A stretch of DNA of 64,000 nucleotides from the human T2T-CHM13v2.0 reference genome, Homo sapiens: assembly GCF_009914755.1 (NCBI RefSeq), contig NC_060938.1, one strand, 5' to 3'. The notes under the pieces are model-generated. The model had not been told where the DNA came from. It saw only the letters and a list, made by a program, of their open reading frames with translations, and ran no database searches. Made by a program: the position numbers and the translations under genes. Shown in pieces: positions 41,201-53,200 of this stretch (positions within the stretch are counted from its first letter, which is position 1; each line of letters starts with the position of its first letter).

Positions 41201-44200
41201 AATCTTCACAGCTATCCAAATATCCACTTGCAGATTCTACAAAAAGAGTGTATCAAAACTGCTCTGTCAAAAGGAAGGTTCTTCTCTGTTAGGTGAGTGC
41301 ATACGTCATAAAGGAGTTTCTGAGAATGTTTCTGTCTAGTGGTTATGGGAAGATATTTGCTTTTTCCCCGTAGGCCTCAGGGCGCTCCAAATGTCCACTT
41401 GCACATGCTACAAAAAGAGTGCTTCAAAGCTGCTCTCTGAAAGGGAATGTTCAACTCTATGAGTTGAATGCAAACATCACAAAGACGTTTCTGAGAATGC
41501 TTCTGTCTAGATTTGATATGAAGATCTTCCCGTTTCCAACGAAATCTTCAAATCTATCCAAATGTCCACTTGCAGATTCAACAAAAAGTGTTTTTCAGAA
41601 CTGCTCTATCAAAAGAAAGATCCACCTCTGTTAGCTGAGTTCAGACATCACAAACAAGTTTATGAGAATGCTTCTGTCTAGTTTTTATTTGAAGATATTT
41701 CCTTTCTCACCATAGACCTGAAAGCTGTCCTAATGTTCACTTCCAGTTACTACAGAAAGAGTGTTTCAAAACTGCTGTACGAAAGGGAATGTTCAACTCT
41801 GTGACTTGAATGCACACATCACAAAGAAGTTTCTGAGGATGCTGCTGTCTACTTTTTATACTTAATCCCGTTTCCAACGAAATCCTCCAAGCTATCGAAA
41901 TATCCACTTGCAGATTCCACAGAAAGACTGTTTCAAAACTGCTCTGTCAATAGAAAGGTTCAACTCTGTTAGCTGCGTGCATATATCCCAAAGAAGATTC
42001 TGAGATTGCTTCTGTCTAGTTTTTATGGGAAGATATTTCCCTTTTCACCGTAGGCGTCCAGGCGCTCCAAATGTCCACTTCCAGATACTACAAAAAGAGT
42101 GTTTCAAACCTACTCTGTGAAAGGGAATATTCAACTCTGTGACTTGAATGCACATATCACAAGGAAGTTTCTGAGAATGCTTCTGTCGAGATTTTATATG
42201 AAGATATTCCCGTTTCCAACGAAATCCTGAAATCTATCCAAATATCCCCTCGCAGATTCTACAAAAAGAGTGTTTCAAAACTGCTCTGTAAAAAGGAAGG
42301 TTCAACTCTGTTAGTTGAGTACACACATCACAAACAAGTTTCACAGAATGCTTCTTTCTAGCTTGTAGGGGAAGATATTCCCTTTATCACCATGGGCCTC
42401 CAACCGTCCGATAAGTCCACTTCCATATACTACAAAAAGAGCGTTTCAAACCTGCTCTATGAAAGGCAATGTTCAACTCTGTGACTTGAATGCAGACATC
42501 ACAGAGCAGTTTCTGAGAATGCTTCTGTCTAGATTTTATAGGAAGATATTCCCGTTTCCAACGAAATCTTCACAGCTATCCAAATATCCACTTGCAGATT
42601 CTACAAAAAGAGTGTATCAAAACTGCTCTGTCAAAAGGAAGGTTCTTCTCTGTTAGGTGAGTGCATACGTCATAAAGGAGTTTCTGAGAATGTTTCTGTC
42701 TAGTGGTTATGGGAAGATATTTGCTTTTTCACCGTAGGCCTCAGAGCGCTCCAAATATCCACTTGCACATACTACAAAAAGAGTGCTTCAAAGCTGCTCT
42801 CTGAAACGGAATGTTCAACTCTATGAGTTGAATGCAAACATCACAAAGACGTTTCTGAGAATGCTTCTGTCTAGATTTGATATGAAGATATTCCCGTTTC
42901 CAACGAAATCTTCAAATCTATCCAAATGTCCACTTGCAGATTCAACAAAAAGTGTTTTTCAGAACTGCTCTATCAAAAGAAAGATCCACCTCTGTTAGCT
43001 GAGTTCACACATCACAAACAAGTTTATGAGAATGCTTCTGTCTAGTTTTTATTTGAAGATATTTCCTTTCTCACCATAGAGCTGAAAGCTGTCCTAATGT
43101 TCACTTCCAGATACTACAGAAAGAGTGTTTCAAAACTGCTGTACGAAAGGGAATGTTCAACTCTGTGACTTGAATACACACATCACAAAGAAGTTTCTGA
43201 GGATGCTGCTGTCTACTTTTTATACGTAATCCCGTTTCCAACGAAATCCTCCAAGCTATCCAAATATCCACTTGCAGATTCCACAGAAAGGCTGTTTCAA
43301 AACTGCTCTGTCAATAGAAAGGTTCAACTCTGTTAGCTGCGTGCATATATCCCAAAGAAGATTCTGAGATTGCTTCTGTCTAGTTTTTATGGGAAGATAT
43401 TTCCCTTTTCACCGTAGGTGTCAAGGCGCTCCAAATGTCCACTTCCAGATACTACAAAAAGAGTGTTTCAAACCTACTCTGTGAAAGGGAATATTCAACT
43501 CTGTGACTTGAATGCACATATCACAAAGAAGTTTCTGAGAATGCTTCTGTCGAGATTTTATATGAAGATATTCCCGTTTCCAACGAAATCCTGAAATGTA
43601 TCCAAATATCCCCTCGCAGATTCTACAAAAAGAGTGTTTCAAAACTGCTCTGTAAAAAGAAAGGTTCAACTCTGTTAGTTGAGTACACACATCACAAATA
43701 AGTTTCACACAATGCTTCTTTCTAGCTTGTAGGGGAAGATATTCCCTTTATCACCATGGGCCTCAAACCGTCTGAAACGTCCACTTCCATATACTACAAA
43801 AAGAGCGTTTCAAACCTGCTCTAGGAAAGGCAATGTTCAACTCTGTGACTTGAATGCAGACATCACAGAGCAGTTTCTGAGAATGCTTCTGTCTAGATTT
43901 TATAGGAAGATATTCCCGTTTCCAACGAAATCTTCACAGCTATCCAAATATCCACTTGCAGATTCTACAAAAAGAGTGTATCAAAACTGCTCTGTCAAAA
44001 GGAAGGTTCTTCTCTGTTAGGTGAGTGCATACGTCATAAAGGAGTTTCTGAGAATGTTTCTGTCTAGTGGTTATGGGAAGATATTTGCTTTTTCCCCGTA
44101 GGCCTCAGGGCGCTCCAAATGTCCACTTGCACATGCTACAAAAAGAGTGCTTCAAAGCTGCTCTCTGAAAGGGAATGTTCAACTCTATGAGTTGAATGCA

Positions 44201-47200
44201 AACATCACAAAGACGTTTCTGAGAATGCTTCTGTCTAGATTTGATATGAAGATCTTCCCGTTTCCAACGAAATCTTCAAATCTATCCAAATGTCCACTTG
44301 CAGATTCAACAAAAAGTGTTTTTCAGAACTGCTCTATCAAAAGAAAGATCCACCTCTGTTAGCTGAGTTCAGACATCACAAACAAGTTTATGAGAATGCT
44401 TCTGTCTAGTTTTTATTTGAAGATATTTCCTTTCTCACCATAGACCTGAAAGCTGTCCTAATGTTCACTTCCAGTTACTACAGAAAGAGTGTTTCAAAAC
44501 TGCTGTACGAAAGGGAATGTTCAACTCTGTGACTTGAATGCACACATCACAAAGAAGTTTCTGAGGATGCTGCTGTCTACTTTTTATACTTAATCCCGTT
44601 TCCAACGAAATCCTCCAAGCTATCCAAATATCCACTTGCAGATTCCACAGAAAGACTGTTTCAAAACTGCTCTGTCAATAGAAAGGTTCAACTCTGTTAG
44701 CTGCGTGCATATATCCCAAAGAAGATTCTGAGATTGCTTCTGTCTAGTTTTTATGGGAAGATATTTCCCTTTTCACCGTAGGCGTCCAGGCGCTCCAAAT
44801 GTCCACTTCCAGATACTACAAAAAGAGTGTTTCAAACCTACTCTGTGAAAGGGAATATTCAACTCTGTGACTTGAATGCACATATCACAAGGAAGTTTCT
44901 GAGAATGCTTCTGTCGAGATTTTATATGAAGATATTCCCGTTTCCAACGAAATCCTGAAATCTATCCAAATATCCCCTCGCAGATTCTACAAAAAGAGTG
45001 TTTCAAAACTGCTCTGTAAAAAGGAAGGTTCAACTCTGTTAGTTGAGTACACACATCACAAACAAGTTTCACAGAATGCTTCTTTCTAGCTTGTAGGGGA
45101 AGATATTCCCTTTATCACCATGGGCCTCCAACCGTCCGATAAGTCCACTTCCATATACTACAAAAAGAGCGTTTCAAACCTGCTCTATGAAAGGCAATGT
45201 TCAACTCTGTGACTTGAATGCAGACATCACAGAGCAGTTTCTGAGAATGCTTCTGTCTAGATTTTATAGGAAGATATTCCCGTTTCCAACGAAATCTTCA
45301 CAGCTATCCAAATATCCACTTGCAGATTCTACAAAAAAAGTGTATCAAAACTGCTCTGTCACAAGGAAGGTTCTTCTCTGTTAGGTGAGTGCATACGTCA
45401 TAAAGGAGTTTCTGAGAATGTTTCTGTCTAGTGGTTATGGGAAGATATTTGCTTTTTCACCGTAGGCCTCAGAGCGCTCCAAATATCCACTTGCACATAC
45501 TACAAAAAGAGTGCTTCAAAGCTGGTCTCTGAAACGGAATGTTCAACTCTATGAGTTGAATGCAAACATCACAAAGACGTTTCTGAGAATGCTTCTGTCT
45601 AGATTTGATATGAAGATATTCCCGTTTCCAACGAAATCTTCAAATCTATCCAAATGTCCACTTGCAGATTCAACAAAAAGTGTTTTTCAGAACTGCTCTA
45701 TCAAAAGAAAGATCCACCTCTGTTAGCTGAGTTCACACATCACAAACAAGTTTATGAGAATGCTTCTGTCTAGTTTTTATTTGAAGATATTTCCTTTCTC
45801 ACCATAGAGCTGAAAGCTGTCCTAATGTTCACTTCCAGATACTACAGAAAGAGTGTTTCAAAACTGCTGTATGAAAGGGAATGTTCAACTCTGTGACTTG
45901 AATGCACACATCACAAAGAAGTTTCTGAGGATGCTGCTGTCTACTTTTTATACGTAATCCCGTTTCCAACGAAATCCTCCAAGCTATCCAAATATCCACT
46001 TCCAGATTCCACAGAAAGACTGTTTCAAAACTGCTCTGTCAATAGAAAGGTTCAACTCTGTTAGCTGCGTGCATATATCCCAAAGAAGATTCTGAGATTG
46101 CTTCTGTCTAGTTTTTATTGGAAGATATTTCCCTTTTCACCGTAGGTGTCAAGGCGCTCCAAATGTCCACTTCCAGATACTACAAAAAGAGTGTTTCAAA
46201 CCTACTCTGTGAAAGGGAATATTCAACTCTGTGACTTGAATGCACATATCACAAAGTAGTTTCTGAGAATGCTTCCGTCGAGATTTTATATGAAGATATT
46301 CCCGTTTCCAACGAAATCCTGAAATGTATCCAAATATCCCCTCGCAGATTCTACAAAAAGAGTGTTTCAAAACTGCTCTGTAAAAAGAAAGGTTCAACTC
46401 TGTTAGTTGAGTACACACATCACAAATAAGTTTCACACAATGCTTCTTTCTAGCTTGTAGGGGAAGATATTCCCTTTATCACCATGGGCCTCAAACCGTC
46501 TGAAACGTCCACTTCCATATACTACAAAAAGAGCATTTCAAACCTGCTGTATGAAAGGCAATGTTCAACTCTGTGACTTGAATGCAGACATCACAGAGCA
46601 GTTTCTGAGAATGCTTCTGTCTAGATTTTATAGGAAGATATTCCCGTTTCCAACGAAATCTTCACAGCTATCCAAATATCCACTTGCAGATTCTACAAAA
46701 AGAGTGTATCAAAACTGCTCTGTCAAAAGGAAGGTTCTTCTCTGTTAGGTGAGTGCATACGTCATAAAGGAGTTTCTGAGAATGTTTCTGTCTAGTGGTT
46801 ATGGGAAGATATTTGCTTTTTCCCCGTAGGCCTCAGGGCGCTCCAAATGTCCACTTGCACATGCTACAAAAAGAGTGCTTCAAAGCTGCTCTCTGAAAGG
46901 GAATGTTCAACTCTATGAGTTGAATGCAAACATCACAAAGACGTTTCTGAGAATGCTTCTGTCTAGATTTGATATGAAGATATTCCCGTTTCCAACGAAA
47001 TCTTCAAATCTATCCAAATGTCCACTTGCAGATTCAACAAAAAGTGTTTTTCAGAACTGCTCTATCAAAAGAAAGATCCACCTCTGTTAGCTGAGTTCAG
47101 ACATCACAAACAAGTTTATGAGAATGCTTCTGTCTAGTTTTTATTTGAAGATATTTCCTTTCTCACCATAGACCTGAAAGCTGTCCTAATGTTCACTTCC

Positions 47201-50200
47201 AGTTACTACAGAAAGAGTGTTTCAAAACTGCTGTACGAAAGGGAATGTTCAACTCTGTGACTTGAATGCACACATCACAAAGAAGTTTCTGAGGATGCTG
47301 CTGTCTACTTTTTATACTTAATCCCGTTTCCAACGAAATCCTCCAAGCTATCCAAATATCCACTTGCAGATTCCACAGAAAGACTGTTTCAAAACTGCTC
47401 TGTCAATAGAAAGGTTCAACTCTGTTAGCTGCGTGCATATATCCCAAAGAAGATTCTGAGATTGCTTCTGTCTAGTTTTTATGGGAAGATATTTGCCTTT
47501 TCACCGTAGGTGTCCAGGCGCTCCAAATGTCCACTTCCAGATACTACAAAAAGAGTGTTTCAAACCTACTCTGTGAAAGGGAATATTCAACTCTGTGACT
47601 TGAATGCACATATCACAAGGAAGTTTCTGAGAATGCTTCTGTCGAGATTTTATATGAAGATATTCCCGTTTCCAACGAAATCCTGAAATCTACCCAAATA
47701 TCCCCTCGCAGATTCTACAAAAAGAGTGTTTCAAAACTGCTCTGTAAAAAGGAAGGTTCAACTCTGTTAGTTGAGTACACACATCACAAACAAGTTTCAC
47801 AGAATGCTTCTTTCTAGCTTGTAGGGGAAGATATTCCCTTTATCACCATGGGCCTCCAACCGTCCGATAAGTCCACTTCCATATACTACAAAAAGAGCGT
47901 TTCAAACCTGCTCTATGAAAGGCAATGTTCAACTCTGTGACTTGAATGCAGACATCACAGAGCAGTTTCTGAGAATGCTTCTGTCTAGATTTTATAGGAA
48001 GATATTCCCGTTTCCAACGAAATCTTCACAGCTATCCAAATATCCACTTGCAGATTCTACAAAAAGAGTGTATCAAAACTGCTCTGTCAAAAGGAAGGTT
48101 CTTCTCTGTTAGGTGAGTGCATACGTCATAAAGGAGTTTCTGAGAATGTTTCTGTCTAGTGGTTATGGGAAGATATTTGCTTTTTCACCGTAGGCCTCAG
48201 AGCGCTCCAAATATCCACTTGCACATACTACAAAAAGAGTGCTTCAAAGCTGGTCTCTGAAACGGAATGTTCAACTCTATGAGTTGAATGCAAACATCAC
48301 AAAGACGTTTCTGAGAATGCTTCTGTCTAGATTTGATATGAAGATATTCCCGTTTCCAACGAAATCTTCAAATCTATCCAAATGTCCACTTGCAGATTCA
48401 ACAAAAAGTGTTTTTCAGAACTGCTCTATCAAAAGAAAGATCCACCTCTGTTAGCTGAGTTCACACATCACAAACAAGTTTATGAGAATGCTTCTGTCTA
48501 GTTTTTATTTGAAGATATTTCCTTTCTCACCATAGAGCTGAAAGCTGTCCTAATGTTCACTTCCAGATACTACAGAAAGAGTGTTTCAAAACTGCTGTAC
48601 GAAAGGGAATGTTCAACTCTGTGACTTGAATGCACACATCACAAAGAAGTTTCTGAGGATGCTGCTGTCTACTTTTTATACGTAATCCCGTTTCCAACGA
48701 AATCCTCCAAGCTATCCAAATATCCACTTGCAGATTCCACAGAAAGGCTGTTTCAAAACTGCTCTGTCAATAGAAAGGTTCAACTCTGTTAGCTGCGTGC
48801 ATATATCCCAAAGAAGATTCTGAGATTGCTTCTGTCTAGTTTTTATGGGAAGATATTTCCCTTTTCACCGTAGGTGTCAAGGCGCTCCAAATGTCCACTT
48901 CCAGATACTACAAAAAGAGTGTTTCCAACCTACTCTGTGAAAGGGAATATTCAACTCTGTGACTTGAATGCACATATCACAAAGAAGTTTCTGAGAATGC
49001 TTCTGTCGAGATTTTATATGAAGATATTCCCGTTTCCAACGAAATCCTGAAATGTATCCAAATATCCCCTCGCAGATTCTACAAAAAGAGTGTTTCAAAA
49101 CTGCTCTGTAAAAAGAAAGGTTCAACTCTGTTAGTTGAGTACACACATCACAAACAAGTTTCACACAATGCTTCTTTCTAGCTTGTAGGGGAAGATATTC
49201 CCTTTATCACCATGGGCCTCAAACCGTCTGAAACGTCCACTTCCATATACTACAAAAAGAGCATTTCAAACCTGCTCTATGAAAGGCAATGTTCAACTCT
49301 GTGACTTGAATGCAGACATCACAGAGCAGTTTCTGAGAATGCTTCTGTCTAGATTTTATAGGAAGATATTCCCGTTTCCAACGAAATCTTCACAGCTATC
49401 CAAATATCCACTTGCAGATTCTACAAAAAGAGTGTATCAAAACTGCTCTGTCAAAAGGAAGGTTCTTCTCTGTTAGGTGAGTGCATACGTCATAAAGGAG
49501 TTTCTGAGAATGTTTCTGTCTAGTGGTTATGGGAAGATATTTGCTTTTTCCCCGTAGGCCTCAGGGCGCTCCAAATGTCCACTTGCACATGCTACAAAAA
49601 GAGTGCTTCAAAGCTGCTCTCTGAAAGGGAATGTTCAACTCTATGAGTTGAATGCAAACATCACAAAGACGTTTCTGAGAATGCTTCTGTCTAGATTTGA
49701 TATGAAGATATTCCCGTTTCCAACGAAATCTTCAAATCTATCCAAATGTCCACTTGCAGATTCAACAAAAAGTGTTTTTCAGAACTGCTCTATCAAAAGA
49801 AAGATCCACCTCTGTTAGCTGAGTTCAGACATCACAAACAAGTTTATGAGAATGCTTCTGTCTAGTTTTTATTTGAAGATATTTCCTTTCTCACCATAGA
49901 CCTGAAAGCTGTCCTAATGTTCACTTCCAGTTACTACAGAAAGAGTGTTTCAAAACTGCTGTACGAAAGGGAATGTTCAACTCTGTGACTTGAATGCACA
50001 CATCACAAAGAAGTTTCTGAGGATGCTGCTGTCTACTTTTTATACTTAATCCCGTTTCCAACGAAATCCTCCAAGCTATCCAAATATCCACTTGCAGATT
50101 CCACAGAAAGACTGTTTCAAAACTGCTCTGTCAATAGAAAGGTTCAACTCTGTTAGCTGCGTGCATATATCCCAAAGAAGATTCTGAGATTGCTTCTGTC

Positions 50201-53200
50201 TAGTTTTTATGGGAAGATATTTCCCTTTTCACCGTAGGCGTCAAGGCGCTCCAAATGTCCACTTCCAGATACTACAAAAAGAGTGTTTCAAACCTACTCT
50301 GTGAAAGGGAATATTCAACTCTGTGACTTGAATGCACATATCACAAGGAAGTTTCTGAGAATGCTTCTGTCGAGATTTTATATGAAGATATTCTCGTTTA
50401 CAACGAAATCCTGAAATCTATCCAAATATCCCCTCGCAGATTCTACAAAAAGAGTGTTTCAAAACTGCTCTGTAAAAAGAAAGGTTCAACTCTGTTAGTT
50501 GAGTACACACATCACAAACAAGTTTCACAGAATGCTTCTTTCTAGCTTGTAGGGGAAGATATTCCCTTTATCACCATGGGCCTCCAACCGTCCGATAAGT
50601 CCACTTCCATATACTACAAAAAGAGCGTTTCAAACCTGCTCTATGAAAGGCAATGTTCAACTCTGTGACTTGAATGCAGACATCACAGAGCAGTTTCTGA
50701 GAATGCTTCTGTCTAGATTTTATAGGAAGATATTCCCGTTTCCAACGAAATCTTCACAGCTATCCAAATATCCACTTGCAGATTCTACAAAAAGAGTGTA
50801 TCAAAACTGCTCTGTCAAAAGGAAGGTTCTTCTCTGTTAGGTGAGTGCATACGTCATAAAGGAGTTTCTGAGAATGTTTCTGTCTAGTGGTTATGGGAAG
50901 ATATTTGCTTTTTCACCGTAGGCCTCAGAGCGCTCCAAATATCCACTTGCACATACTACAAAAAGAGTGCTTCAAAGCTGGTCTCTGAAACGGAATGTTC
51001 AACTCTATGAGTTGAATGCAAACATCACAAAGACGTTTCTGAGAATGCTTCTGTCTAGATTTGATATGAAGATATTCCCGTTTCCAACGAAATCTTCAAA
51101 TCTATCCAAATGTCCACTTGCAGATTCAACAAAAAGTGTTTTTCAGAACTGCTCTATCAAAAGAAAGATCCACCTCTGTTAGCTGAGTTCACACATCACA
51201 AACAAGTTTATGAGAATGCTTCTGTCTAGTTTTTATTTGAAGATATTTCCTTTCTCACCATAGAGCTGAAAGCTGTCCTAATGTTCACTTCCAGATACTA
51301 CAGAAAGAGTGTTTCAAAACTGCTGTACGAAAGGGAATGTTCAACTCTGTGACTTGAATGCACACATCACAAAGAAGTTTCTGAGGATGCTGCTGTCTAC
51401 TTTTTATACGTAATCCCGTTTCCAACGAAATCCTCCAAGCTATCCAAATATCCACTTGCAGATTCCACAGAAAGGCTGTTTCAAAACTGCTCTGTCAATA
51501 GAAAGGTTCAACTCTGTTAGCTGCGTGCATATATCCCAAAGAAGATTCTGAGATTGCTTCTGTCTAGTTTTTATGGGAAGATATTTCCCTTTTCACCGTA
51601 GGTGTCAAGGCGCTCCAAATGTCCACTTCCAGATACTACAAAAAGAGTGTTTCCAACCTACTCTGTGAAAGGGAATATTCAACTCTGTGACTTGAATGCA
51701 CATATCACAAAGAAGTTTCTGAGAATGCTTCTGTCGAGATTTTATATGAAGATATTCCCGTTTCCAACGAAATCCTGAAATGTATCCAAATATCCCCTCG
51801 CAGATTCTACAAAAAGAGTGTTTCAAAACTGCTCTGTAAAAAGAAAGGTTCAACTCTGTTAGTTGAGTACACACATCACAAACAAGTTTCACACAATGCT
51901 TCTTTCTAGCTTGTAGGGGAAGATATTCCCTTTATCACCATGGGCCTCAAACCGTCTGAAACGTCCACTTCCATATACTACAAAAAGAGCATTTCAAACC
52001 TGCTCTATGAAAGGCAATGTTCAACTCTGTGACTTGAATGCAGACATCACAGAGCAGTTTCTGAGAATGCTTCTGTCTAGATTTTATAGGAAGATATTCC
52101 CGTTTCCAACGAAATCTTCACAGCTATCCAAATATCCACTTGCAGATTCTACAAAAAGAGTGTATCAAAACTGCTCTGTCAAAAGGAAGGTTCTTCTCTG
52201 TTAGGTGAGTGCATACGTCATAAAGGAGTTTCTGAGAATGTTTCTGTCTAGTGGTTATGGGAAGATATTTGCTTTTTCCCCGTAGGCCTCAGGGCGCTCC
52301 AAATGTCCACTTGCACATGCTACAAAAAGAGTGCTTCAAAGCTGCTCTCTGAAAGGGAATGTTCAACTCTATGAGTTGAATGCAAACATCACAAAGACGT
52401 TTCTGAGAATGCTTCTGTCTAGATTTGATATGAAGATATTCCCGTTTCCAACGAAATCTTCAAATCTATCCAAATGTCCACTTGCAGATTCAACAAAAAG
52501 TGTTTTTCAGAACTGCTCTATCAAAAGAAAGATCCACCTCTGTTAGCTGAGTTCAGACATCACAAACAAGTTTATGAGAATGCTTCTGTCTAGTTTTTAT
52601 TTGAAGATATTTCCTTTCTCACCATAGACCTGAAAGCTGTCCTAATGTTCACTTCCAGTTACTACAGAAAGAGTGTTTCAAAACTGCTGTACGAAAGGGA
52701 ATGTTCAACTCTGTGACTTGAATGCACACATCACAAAGAAGTTTCTGAGGATGCTGCTGTCTACTTTTTATACTTAATCCCGTTTCCAACGAAATCCTCC
52801 AAGCTATCCAAATATCCACTTGCAGATTCCACAGAAAGACTGTTTCAAAACTGCTCTGTCAATAGAAAGGTTCAACTCTGTTAGCTGCGTGCATATATCC
52901 CAAAGAAGATTCTGAGATTGCTTCTGTCTAGTTTTTATGGGAAGATATTTCCCTTTTCACCGTAGGCGTCAAGGCGCTCCAAATGTCCACTTCCAGATAC
53001 TACAAAAAGAGTGTTTCAAACCTACTCTGTGAAAGGGAATATTCAACTCTGTGACTTGAATGCACATATCACAAGGAAGTTTCTGAGAATGCTTCTGTCG
53101 AGATTTTATATGAAGATATTCTCGTTTACAACGAAATCCTGAAATCTATCCAAATATCCCCTCGCAGATTCTACAAAAAGAGTGTTTCAAAACTGCTCTG

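Noticed and set aside
1541-47700. Singleton SNVs (1548, 11852, 13336, 25837, 26360, 47693)
   Set aside because: They are isolated substitutions that cannot be told apart from ordinary mutation or consensus error, and none alters a CENP-B core base.
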